A stretch of DNA of 64,000 nucleotides from a virus, in the IMG/VR virus record IMGVR_UViG_3300025150_000003, positions 32,001-96,000 of that record; one strand, written 5' to 3'. This document shows positions 44,590 through 53,800 of this stretch, piece after piece (position 1 is the stretch's first letter; each line of letters begins with the position of its first letter). The notes under the pieces are model-generated. The model searched no databases and was not told the DNA's origin. It worked only from the letters and a program-made list of their open reading frames with translations. The position numbers and the translations under genes are program-made.

Positions 44590-45461
44590 CAAAGCCCACT
44601 GATCTGGATGTGAGGATACTCCGCCACGAGGTCGCGAGCACCCTGCTTGGTCAGGTCCAGCACCTTGCCCCCGGCTACGTTCAAAGCGTGCCAGACACCC
44701 TGCCCCTTGGGCACAAGCTGGACGATCTGTCCGTAGGGGCCAGGCACTGCCACCAGGGGTGTGGCCCCTATTCCGATCTGTTGCCGGAGCCACTCAACGA
44801 TTGCGACGAACAGGCCCCTGTCACCGCAGTGGGCATGAAAGACGTGCTCCAGATTCTGTGGCCCTTGCGTCCCCCACCAGGTGGTGACCGAACGAGCCAT
44901 GAACTTGGAGCAGAACAGCGTGAAATCTGACTTGAACGACGAGAAGGCGGACCCCATCCAGGTGGCGGGGTACACGTCGAATACGACTTCGATGACGGAG
45001 CCCTTGATCCGAACCATGACGCGGCCCTTGTCACAGCGCCACTTGTCCCCCAGCTTCATGAGCTGGGGAAGGGTCGGCTGAGAGACCGGGACCACCGGCT
45101 TGGGGGCTGTCACCGGCTGCTGGACAGGCATCATCTTGGCACCCGGCCACGCCGGGGTCGCCTGTGCCACACCCGCGATGGTGGACGGCTGAACCCGGAC
45201 GAACGGGGTGTCCACGTAGATGTAGCCCTTGGCTACCTTCTCGGGGCACTTCTGCTCGACATAGACCCAGTCCTTCACGATGATCTGGGGTTTGCTCCCC
45301 ACACGGCCATAGTGAACCTCGACTGGTTCATGGCGGCTCCGACCCGTACAGAGCCAGAACTTGTGACTGTTGCTGGCAGGGTCGCGCAGTTCCAGCCGGA
45401 AGGTCCAGGCCTTCCCCCGACCCATCAGAGTCCTGGCATCGGTTACGGTCAAAATCGACAT
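44589..45461 (-). CDS. WGR-domain-like protein
   Basis: SHKFW...VEVHYGRVG.K.Q...EKVAKGY. Confidence 0.65.
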   Translation of the reverse strand: MSILTVTDARTLMGRGKAWTFRLELRDPASNSHKFWLCTGRSRHEPVEVHYGRVGSKPQIIVKDWVYVEQKCPEKVAKGYIYVDTPFVRVQPSTIAGVAQATPAWPGAKMMPVQQPVTAPKPVVPVSQPTLPQLMKLGDKWRCDKGRVMVRIKGSVIEVVFDVYPATWMGSAFSSFKSDFTLFCSKFMARSVTTWWGTQGPQNLEHVFHAHCGDRGLFVAIVEWLRQQIGIGATPLVAVPGPYGQIVQLVPKGQGVWHALNVAGGKVLDLTKQGARDLVAEYPHIQISGL

Positions 45462-45482
45462 GGTGTGCCTCCAGGCATAGTT

Positions 45483-45513
45483 CTACTACGGATCGGGCTC
45501 CGATGTTGAGCCT
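45483..45513 (-). promoter_or_regulatory. motif A (AGGCTCAAC variant)
   Basis: N14 spacing, CGTAGTAG. Confidence 0.7.
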
Positions 45514-45853
45514 AGAACTCTCCGTCGTCGAAGCAGCCATAGTCCTCGTCGGTGCCGAAGCCCGCAGAGGCCAGGGCGCTTGCTGCATCCCCGTCCATGT
45601 CGTCCGTCCAGTTCTCCTCGACGAGGTAGTAGTCATCGCCGTAGAACCGGCTGATGTCCGCGAGGAACCACTGGGGCTCAGCCTTCACCATCTCGGCGAG
45701 GCTGTTGTAGTCGGTGTTCTGTGACCAGTTGGACTCGGTCACCCGAGTCTCCCAGTCGTAACAGGAAGCGATCGAGGCCACGTCAGCCTCCGTCAGACCG
45801 TAGTTGGTCGGCGGGTCTTCGGTGCTCAGTAGGGCTGCCAGTACGTCTTTCAT
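45512..45853 (-). CDS. acidic hypothetical protein
   Basis: C-terminal ALASAGFGTDEDYG; D/E-rich. Confidence 0.65.
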   Translation of the reverse strand: MKDVLAALLSTEDPPTNYGLTEADVASIASCYDWETRVTESNWSQNTDYNSLAEMVKAEPQWFLADISRFYGDDYYLVEENWTDDMDGDAASALASAGFGTDEDYGCFDDGEF

Positions 45854-45899
45854 CAGGGACCTCTGTCGTTTCTCACACCACTATCACGGGTGGCTTCAC

Positions 45900-46259
45900 C
45901 TAGAACAGGTGGTAGAAAGAGTGGTTCTGGTTGCCGGTGTAGGCCCTGGCGAAGTCACAGATGACCTGCTGAGCCTGATACCGGGGCTCCGTGTCGCACG
46001 ACCCGTAGATGGTGTTCGAACGGGCGTTGCGGGCCTCAGCATGGACGCCATCGGCAGCCAGGATCGCCTTGTTGAGGTCCTTAGTGGACTTGAAAACCCG
46101 GATGAACTCAGCGAACGACCGCTTGAGAGCCCCCGTGAGTCGGCGAGCCGAGAGGCCACATCCCGACCGGGAGTAGATCTCCCAGTCGAGGGCCGTCACC
46201 GGGATGCGGATGCTGATCTCGGTGCCGAACTGGTTCTGGAAGGTGTGGATCGTGCTCAT
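45900..46259 (-). CDS. hypothetical protein
   Basis: GGAGG RBS after motif A. Confidence 0.65.
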   Translation of the reverse strand: MSTIHTFQNQFGTEISIRIPVTALDWEIYSRSGCGLSARRLTGALKRSFAEFIRVFKSTKDLNKAILAADGVHAEARNARSNTIYGSCDTEPRYQAQQVICDFARAYTGNQNHSFYHLF

Positions 46260-46281
46260 GGGGTCCTCCTGTGTTCTGAAC

Positions 46282-46312
46282 CTACTACGGACGAGAACCG
46301 GAAGTTGAGCCC
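46282..46312 (-). promoter_or_regulatory. motif A (31-bp exact duplicate of 46825-46855)
   Basis: CTACTACGGACGAGAACCGGAAGTTGAGCCC twice. Confidence 0.8.
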
Positions 46313-46800
46313 TGGATCTCCTGAGCCGCACTCGACCATGCAGCCCTGGTGACCTTGTGGGTTGCCTCGGAGGCCAGCCCCTCCAATGCCGTGACAACTC
46401 GGGCCACGACATCTTCGAGGGTATCACCGTCGAGGGGCTTCATCAGGCGTCGATGATAGTCGATCTCGCCCACGTAGAACTTCGTGTGGCCCGCATCGAA
46501 CTCTCTGCTGGCAGGGGATGCCTTTCGGCTCCGGCCAATGAACCACGGGGGACGGTGGCTGTCGAGCGCTCGACTGACTCGTTTGTGAAGGTCACACAAC
46601 TCCGGGGAGTAGGTGTAGGGCGTCGGCCCACCGGTCTTACGGATGAGGGCACGACCCGAGTAGCAAGACCGAAACGCCTCCGGTGGGGACTTGTACTCGA
46701 CCAGCTCGAAGCCCTGGCTTCGATACTCGATGGCAGTTCGAGCCTCGACCCACATCTCGGTGGGCGGCAAGGTCGTCGTGATGTAGGTGATCTGCGTCAT
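46285..46800 (-). CDS. hypothetical protein
   Basis: Flanked by the two identical motif A copies. Confidence 0.6.
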   Translation of the reverse strand: MTQITYITTTLPPTEMWVEARTAIEYRSQGFELVEYKSPPEAFRSCYSGRALIRKTGGPTPYTYSPELCDLHKRVSRALDSHRPPWFIGRSRKASPASREFDAGHTKFYVGEIDYHRRLMKPLDGDTLEDVVARVVTALEGLASEATHKVTRAAWSSAAQEIQGSTSGSRP

Positions 46801-46824
46801 GCTCTCCCTCTCCTGGTTACAGGG

Positions 46825-46898
46825 CTACTACGGACGAGAACCGGAAGTTGAGCCCCACAACTTTTTAGGGCTCAACTTCGTGAAGTCCTCCGTAGTAG
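46825..46898. promoter_or_regulatory. back-to-back divergent pair of motif A
   Basis: 46825-46855 (-) and 46868-46898 (+) at strand switch. Confidence 0.8.
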
Positions 46899-46955
46899 GT
46901 GCAGAACAGCAACGGAGGACAAGATGAACAACGAAATCAGCGGAGTCCCGGTCGT

Positions 46956-47072
46956 ATGACCAACCGATACCGCAACACCACCCCGAGCTTCGAGGACCGA
47001 CACCCGGTCCTCATGGGCAGCCTGTTCGTGGTCTGCATCGCGAGCCTCGGCTACCTGATGATGGCCCTCTGA
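46956..47072 (+). CDS. 38-aa membrane peptide
   Basis: MTNRYRNTTPSFEDRHPVLMGSLFVVCIASLGYLMMAL, hand translated; coupled to 11-aa ORF 46924..46959. Confidence 0.45.
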   Translation: MTNRYRNTTPSFEDRHPVLMGSLFVVCIASLGYLMMAL

Positions 47073-47076
47073 AAAG

Positions 47077-47107
47077 GGGCTCAAAACACACTGCCGCCCC
47101 GTAGTAG
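47077..47107 (+). promoter_or_regulatory. motif A (GGGCTCAAA variant)
   Basis: N14 spacing, CGTAGTAG. Confidence 0.7.
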
Positions 47108-47109
47108 GG

Positions 47110-48177
47110 TTGGACAAGATGGAGGACAAGATGAACGCCGCTGAACTCGTGATCAACACCCCCGACCTGGCCCCGACCAAGGCCCGTGGGATGGCCAAGC
47201 TAGCCCCGGCGACCAACTCGTCCGCCGCCCATGCCGCCGCTGATGCCGCTGGCATCATCCGAGAGTGGGGCAAGGTCTACGACCTCACCGCCACCGAGTG
47301 CACCACCTGTGGCTCCCCCCTGCGGGACGCTGTGAGTGTCACCCGGGGCATCGGCCCCGTCTGCTCCGCCCACCACTACGAGATCAACTTCGACATCACG
47401 GCGGACATGGTCGAGGACGCCCTTGGCATCCTGTTCGCCAGCAACCTGGAGACACCGGTCAAGCTCGCGGCCAAGGCTCTCAAGGAGAAGCCCCGTGACC
47501 TCTGCAACATCCTGATCTGGTGGTCCTCGGCCCACCTCGACAACACCGAGGTCGTCCTCGACTGCGCCAGCATCGTGACCGCCCTCGGGTTCGTGACCCT
47601 CGGCGACAAAATGCGCGAGCGGAACACCAACATCATCGTCAGCACGACCGACGACGACTCGGGGGACTTCATCCTCCGCTGCCGTTCCAAGATGAACGTC
47701 CGCAGCAACATGCGGAAGGTCACCGAGGCCAGCAGCGTCGCCCGTGATGGCCGGTTCAAGTACGGCTGGCGGTTCCCGGCGAGCCGCAAGGCCCTCGTCT
47801 GGACCATCCTCGGTGAGGACTTCGGCGACCAGTGGGCGACTGTTCCGGGCAAGGACCTGAAGGCCGCAAGCCAGGTCGTCAAGGTCCCCCCCACCAACTG
47901 GCTCGATGTCCGTTCGGCTTTCCGAGCGACCTACGACCCGCCGAAGCCGGTCGAGCCTGCCAAGCCCCTCATCGTCCGCCCGGGTGACACCCGGGCCACC
48001 ATCGAGGTCTACACCCCATTCCGTCACTTCGGGTTCATCGCCGACTTCAAGGGTGCCATCCCCTACAATCACGGCAAGGGCTACTCCTGGAACCGGGAGA
48101 AGGGCTGCTGGGTCGTCGAGTCCCGGTTCGAGAGCAAGGTCCGCAGCCTCGTGGCTGACCACTTCGGAGACAACTGA
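47110..48177 (+). CDS. DUF6011-like Zn-finger domain protein
   Basis: CTTCGSPLRDAVSVTRGIGPVC; real start likely 47131. Confidence 0.7.
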   Translation: MDKMEDKMNAAELVINTPDLAPTKARGMAKLAPATNSSAAHAAADAAGIIREWGKVYDLTATECTTCGSPLRDAVSVTRGIGPVCSAHHYEINFDITADMVEDALGILFASNLETPVKLAAKALKEKPRDLCNILIWWSSAHLDNTEVVLDCASIVTALGFVTLGDKMRERNTNIIVSTTDDDSGDFILRCRSKMNVRSNMRKVTEASSVARDGRFKYGWRFPASRKALVWTILGEDFGDQWATVPGKDLKAASQVVKVPPTNWLDVRSAFRATYDPPKPVEPAKPLIVRPGDTRATIEVYTPFRHFGFIADFKGAIPYNHGKGYSWNREKGCWVVESRFESKVRSLVADHFGDN

Positions 48178-48178
48178 G

Positions 48179-48643
48179 ATGCTCACCCTTACCACCAAAG
48201 AAATCGCCGCCGAGTTCCTTGCCCCCTTCGTCGAGGAACAGCACACGGTCTTCTACAAAGCCCCAGGTCGAACCATCGGAAAGGCCTGGGGAGCTGGCCG
48301 CCTCAGCCAACAGGCGTGGGTGCCCGGTGAGATCCGCCGGAAGCTCGACATCTGGGAGTGGAAGGTGCTCCGCAACCCCACCTGGAACCGCAGTGGGGCG
48401 GTCAACACCAAGGAACAGGCCATCAAGGCTCTGACCAAGGAAGCCATCACCGCCCTGCCCCCGGCCTGGGGCTTCAGCCTGGACAACGAATACTTCGCCG
48501 TCCACGCCATCCCCGCCGAGATCGTGAACAGCTCGGAGTTCAACCCGTTCGGACTGCTCTCCCTCCCGGTCAGGGTCCGCGAGGTCATCTGGAACAAACT
48601 CGGGGACAAGATCCCCGCCCACATCAAGCCCCATTGCAGGTAG
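48179..48643 (+). CDS. hypothetical protein
   Basis: ATG right after upstream stop. Confidence 0.65.
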   Translation: MLTLTTKEIAAEFLAPFVEEQHTVFYKAPGRTIGKAWGAGRLSQQAWVPGEIRRKLDIWEWKVLRNPTWNRSGAVNTKEQAIKALTKEAITALPPAWGFSLDNEYFAVHAIPAEIVNSSEFNPFGLLSLPVRVREVIWNKLGDKIPAHIKPHCR

Positions 48644-48647
48644 ATCC

Positions 48648-49016
48648 ATGTCATACACGATCGGAACGCTCATCTATGGCGTCACCTCGGACGGAAGGGA
48701 CGCCATTGCGGAGGCTCTGGGAAAAGTTCTCTACCCTCCCACTAACCACCACCCCTTCCGGGTCTCAGACCTGTGCTATGAAGACTTCGAGAACAACGGG
48801 TTTCACCTGAGGTACACCGATGATGGCTACCCCACCTACTGGTGCGGGATCCGTATCGGGGAGATCACCGAGGTGGACAATGTCCGAGTGAGTGACCTCC
48901 CGCAACCCTCGGACGAGCAGAAAACAAGGGCTCGGGAACAGATCGCCAATCTCCTCCCGGCTGTCCAGGCCGTGTGTGGGAAGCCCGATCTCTGGATCAT
49001 CTGGTCACGGTCATGA
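48648..49016 (+). CDS. hypothetical protein
   Basis: Packed ORF. Confidence 0.6.
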   Translation: MSYTIGTLIYGVTSDGRDAIAEALGKVLYPPTNHHPFRVSDLCYEDFENNGFHLRYTDDGYPTYWCGIRIGEITEVDNVRVSDLPQPSDEQKTRAREQIANLLPAVQAVCGKPDLWIIWSRS

Positions 49017-49043
49017 GACGCACCACCTGGTGGGAGAGCCTCG

Positions 49044-49415
49044 ATGGCTAAGGCCAAAAGCACCACCGATGAGAAGCTCACCCGAGGGTTGGCTCTCATC
49101 GACATCTCGAAGGGGACGTGGCGGACGACCGTCGCAGCAGATCCCAAGTTCATGAAACCGGGTACGATCATCGACTTCCGGCCCAGCCACCCCTCCACGG
49201 GGACCAACACAGGTCCCGATGGAAAGGAACTGGGATGGGACCTCGGATGGACTGTGGTCTCTGCGATCAAGCTCCACTACGGGGTGGTCGAGACGAAGTG
49301 CAGACCAGGTTCAGGAGAGACAGGACCTCCGATCATCACCAAGTACACCCGGCTGTACCAAGAGTTCGATCTGAAACCCATGCTCGAACAACGGAGGAAG
49401 GAACGTGGAATCTGA
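49044..49415 (+). CDS. hypothetical protein
   Basis: GGAG RBS. Confidence 0.6.
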   Translation: MAKAKSTTDEKLTRGLALIDISKGTWRTTVAADPKFMKPGTIIDFRPSHPSTGTNTGPDGKELGWDLGWTVVSAIKLHYGVVETKCRPGSGETGPPIITKYTRLYQEFDLKPMLEQRRKERGI

Positions 49416-49593
49416 GAGATCCCGACGTGTGGACATCAAGGCCATCCTGGCCGACCCCGAGCAGCGGAAGCGGCTCATGTTGGGAGCCACCACTTTCCTC
49501 ATCGGAGTGGGTGAGGACTTCAAGATCACAGAGGCCGAGGCCCGTTTCCGAGCCTCGGCCTTGTTTGACACACCGAAGGAAAACCAGGACTAG
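49405..49593 (+). CDS. hypothetical protein
   Basis: Overlaps upstream stop. Confidence 0.5.
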   Translation: MESERSRRVDIKAILADPEQRKRLMLGATTFLIGVGEDFKITEAEARFRASALFDTPKENQD

Positions 49594-50144
49594 CCCTCGA
49601 CGGGCTCCACCCTCGGAGTGCCATCGGTCTTCGTGGCGGTGAACCGCTTGAAGATCAGCTCCCACAGGGCGATGGCGATACCACCCTCCAGTAGACCTGC
49701 CTTGAGGGCATCCCAGATGTTCGCCCCCGTGGCGAGGCCGATGGCAACACAAGCCACGAGGCCCAGGCCTACCGTGACCCACGGCACGTAGTCACGACCG
49801 ATCTTCGCTGCGAGACCCATCCGGTTGAACAGCCACATGAGCATCAGGAGCAGGAACCCAACGAACACGGTCCAGTGACCATTGGTTGCCGCGTCGAGCA
49901 ACTGTCCGATGATCGTGCCAGCCTCCTCATCGGTCGTGGGGACCTTGATCTCGGGTGCGGGATCCACAGGGACCACGACCTCAGTCACGGGCTCCGCGAC
50001 CACGTCCAGAGCCACAGGCTCAGTGACGTCATCGGGAGTCACATCGGAAGTGGTCACCACATCGGCATCCGGCAGGGCGGGACCCTCAGCCAGCGCCGGA
50101 GTGGCAAAAGACAGAACCAGCAGAAGCATCAACAAGAAACGCAT
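49590..50144 (-). CDS. membrane protein (signal peptide + 3 TM)
   Basis: MRFLLMLLLVLSFATPALA then acidic linker and hydrophobic helices. Confidence 0.7.
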   Translation of the reverse strand: MRFLLMLLLVLSFATPALAEGPALPDADVVTTSDVTPDDVTEPVALDVVAEPVTEVVVPVDPAPEIKVPTTDEEAGTIIGQLLDAATNGHWTVFVGFLLLMLMWLFNRMGLAAKIGRDYVPWVTVGLGLVACVAIGLATGANIWDALKAGLLEGGIAIALWELIFKRFTATKTDGTPRVEPVEG

Positions 50145-50157
50145 ACTTCACCTCTTC

Positions 50158-50499
50158 TCAAGAATCCAGCAAGCGCTCGACCAACGCGGCCTTTGTACCC
50201 GAAGCAGGAAGTCCCTTGCTCTCGGCGAGCGCCACCAGATCCGGTTTCTTCATGCCCTCCAGCTCTTCCTGAGAGAGTGGGCTGGAGGGCTCCTGGAGCA
50301 CGATCGCTCCGGGTGTGGGCGGCGAGCTTTCTCTGTAGACCCGTGGCTTCCCAACCTCTCCGAGTCGCAGTTGCAGCTCTTGCCGCTGGGCAAGAGTGAG
50401 GGCCGGGTTGGAGAGGGCCTGCCGAAGTTGCATCCGGTAGGCCTTCTCTGCCTTGGCCCGAGTCTCCAGGGCTACCTGGCGTCGGTTGATGAAAGGCAT
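50158..50499 (-). CDS. SAP/HeH-domain protein
   Basis: MKKPDLVALAESKGLPASGTKAALVERL. Confidence 0.7.
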   Translation of the reverse strand: MPFINRRQVALETRAKAEKAYRMQLRQALSNPALTLAQRQELQLRLGEVGKPRVYRESSPPTPGAIVLQEPSSPLSQEELEGMKKPDLVALAESKGLPASGTKAALVERLLDS

Positions 50500-50501
50500 A
50501 C

Positions 50502-50870
50502 TCAAAGCCCCCCATACTGAGAGTCCGTCGTGCACTTTTCACAATGGCGAAGTTCCCCTCTGAGAGGAACTAGGTGACGACGACCTAGATGATGGTATTG
50601 AGGGACCCGCTCAGCATCATGACCTTCAGAGAAGTGAGCCTTCCTGGCCAGGACGGCGATGTCATGATCGTCTAGGTCACCCGCCACCCAGGCCCGATAC
50701 TCTGCCACCAGGTCCTCCGCCGTCTGCTGCGAGCGGATGTTCAGCGCTGGGGCGTGGGACTTGGCACCGAGCGGCCTGGCAAGGGGATGGCTCCCCTTGG
50801 GCCACAACGAAACGGTGACCATCCCGAGGGCCACCTGAGCCACTTTCTGAAAAAAGCCACGACGGTTCAT
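50502..50870 (-). CDS. hypothetical protein with twin-arginine-like N-terminus
   Basis: MNRRGFFQKVAQVALG. Confidence 0.5.
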   Translation of the reverse strand: MNRRGFFQKVAQVALGMVTVSLWPKGSHPLARPLGAKSHAPALNIRSQQTAEDLVAEYRAWVAGDLDDHDIAVLARKAHFSEGHDAERVPQYHHLGRRHLVPLRGELRHCEKCTTDSQYGGL

Positions 50871-53800
50871 CAGGTTCCTCGCAGAGTCTCAGGGTACACG
50901 GCCAACGTCACCGCTGCCGGGTCGGGGACTGCCCGACTGTACCCACGGAACATCGGGCGACCCATGCAACGGTAGCGATCCGCCGCTGCATAGCCCTCTC
51001 CGTAACCGGAGGGGCTGATGATCCCGTCGAGAGTCATCCCTTCCTGCACCGTCATGCCATTGCCGAGATGGGCGTAGGTCAGGATGACCATCTGGATCTC
51101 ATCCCCGTCGCTGGTCTTCGCCAAGGAACCACCCGCAAAGGCCTCCTCGTAGTAGTTGCGCACCAGCATGGCACGGCAGGCAAGGACACCGCCCTTGACG
51201 ACTGGAGCGGCCGACTTCGGGAAGCTCTCGCTGACCCAGTCAAGAGGCCCACCCGGATTGTCACCCGAGAGAACGTAGGCGGCTCCACCACCACGGTAGA
51301 TGCGGAACTTCTTGGTGGCTCCAACAGGAGCGGTGTCCGTCCAGGCCGCCCACGAGTATGGAGCCACCAGCACATCGGCCATGGCGACCAGTTCACCGGG
51401 AGCCCCCATGAACCTGCTGTACTCCTCACCACCACCCGTGAGGGGCATCAGGGTCTGGATGGGTCGGAGAGGAGCCGGCCACGAGGTCATCGCGGATGAC
51501 GTGTCCCCGAGAGGGTTCTCACTCAGGAAATCATTGTCTTGCACCAGGACGCCCAAGGGCAACCGCTCGGTCATCCCTGCGAGAGCCACCTGGCTCGTGC
51601 CGTTACCAGCATTGACTGGCAAGTCCACCCCACCAAAGAGATTGGTTGCCGTGGTCTGATGGCCTACTGGCGGCTCGTTGCTGAACGGGATACCCAGTCG
51701 GAAGGTGCTTGTGAGGAGCAACCCGGGGTCTGTTCCTATCGTTGCACCAAATTTCTCACGACCCACCTCGATCCGAACCCCGTTGCCCTCAGCACCTGTG
51801 GGCACGGCTTCAATGGTCACCTTGGGAGTGCCATCATTGTAAGCCGTCACCGTGCGTTGGAGCTTGGTGTTCGCGTTGATGCACGTCACCAACCCATCGG
51901 CCGTTTTCTTGTTCGACGGTGAATTCTTAACCAATCGAATGTCGAACACAGCCGCCGACAGGTCCACATCATAGGCTGCGAGGTTGGTTTCGTGCAGCAC
52001 CGCGACGTCGAGATTGATCGAGGCCGGCGTGAGTGTGAGAGCACCCGTCGTCTGGTTACGGAACGTGATGATGATGGTGTCCGGGGCAACGACACGTCCA
52101 TCAACCACGAAACCCGTCAGCATCGTAGCAATGTCGGGGGGATTGACCACCACCACATCCCCAACCTGGGCTCCGGTAAAAGCCTTGGCGACTTCTGTCA
52201 CGGAACCCGCTCCCACCGACCCTATCTCAGCTTGGGTGACGTTGATGGTCTTGATCGGCTGAAGATCAGAGAGTTGGTCGAAAGGAATTGCCGGATAGAC
52301 ATTCCGAGCCCTGACCGTGACGAATCCAGGGGTCGTCACGGTTGCATCAAACAGTGCTGCAACCGGTGTGGTTAGTGGGTTCAGAATGACCCCGTCACCA
52401 ATGGCGGCGAAGGTCATCGGCACGTTCACGGATGCTATGCCCCCAGCGGACACGATCCCCAGGTTCACCACTTCTTGTGCCAGCACAGTCTCGGTGATGT
52501 CTGAGAACTCATCCTCCTGGAAGATGTCGTCGGGATCCACCCCGGCAAGCACCAGTGTGGCACCGAAGACTGCGGTAGACCCGTAAAGCGTCACCACGGA
52601 ACCATCCAGCAAGATGAACCGGACATAGAAGGCGTCGTCGTAGGTGTGGGCCTGTACCATCGACTGAGCACTCAGGATCTCCACCGTAGCCCGAGCACGG
52701 CTTGAGTTCTCTTTCTGACCCTCAGTGAACGACCGCACCTGGATGCGCCAGTCGTTCGAGGTGGATTCCAGAGGCATCCGCGTCGCCGAGAGAAGGTCAG
52801 CCTGAATGTTCCCCACGTCAAGAGACGTACCGGGGAACAGTGCCCCGCTGATCTTGCCGGTCCCGAGAGTGGTGTAGAAGTCCATCGAGGCCAGGACCTC
52901 GAAAGCTCTCTCGTTGGCCATCTGAGGCATGAAATCACCGGCCGAATCGAACTGCTGCACCGCCGTTCGAAGCAGGTTCGCCTGGCTCGGGGAGAGCCGA
53001 CCATACCGGTTCTCGTAGTCCGCCGTCTGACGGGTGTCCCCATCCCGGCTCATGAAAGGGTCACCTTGGTAGACCGTGCGGTTGTAGGCCGAGTAGAGGC
53101 GATCATTCACCCCTGCAGGGCTGGGGATGCACATGGGCACGTTCTCGAACTCGGCATCGTCCCCATCAACGTTCTGGTTGAAGCTACCATCACGGTCACG
53201 CATCAGTACGATGTTACAGGTGTCAATGAATCCCTTGGCGAAGAAGAACACCGTGCACTCAACCACATAGTCAAAGTCCTCGAAAACCGACACATTCTCC
53301 ACGTAGGTGGGGACACGGGTCAGATCGAGAACGTTGCTCGGGATGATGTAGGTGTGGTCTCCCGTCTCCTCGGTCAGGTCCTTCGCCCCATCCCGTAGGA
53401 TGAACAAGGACTGCTGATCTGCGTCCTCCCGTAGGAGATTGATCGCAGGGTTCAACTCCATCTCGTAACGATTCGACTTGAAAGCCGTACCGCCCTTGGC
53501 CACGTAGTCGTCGAACTCATAGACCCCGTAGAGGCGAGCGATGCCCATGTAGGGTGGCATCTGGATGCCTTTCAACCCACGACCCAGGTCCGACGAGTTG
53601 ACCGCCGCCAGGGCTGCAATCACGTCACGGGTGTTCTGACCTGCCAACGGGTTGAGGTCTGTGGTCTTGCGAGCCCCGTAGGCCCCTACAGCCTTCGGGC
53701 CATAGGTGGCATTCGTGCTCGCGTAAGCGATCTCCGAAGCCCTGGTCACGAGGAACAGGGAGTTGACCTCGGAGCCACCCGCGTTGCGCTCCCCACCGAT

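Noticed and set aside
1036-47107. CRISPR array or att sites from the repeated 31-bp motif
   Set aside because: Copies are dispersed, have variable internal spacers and are oriented into genes; no cas or integrase seen
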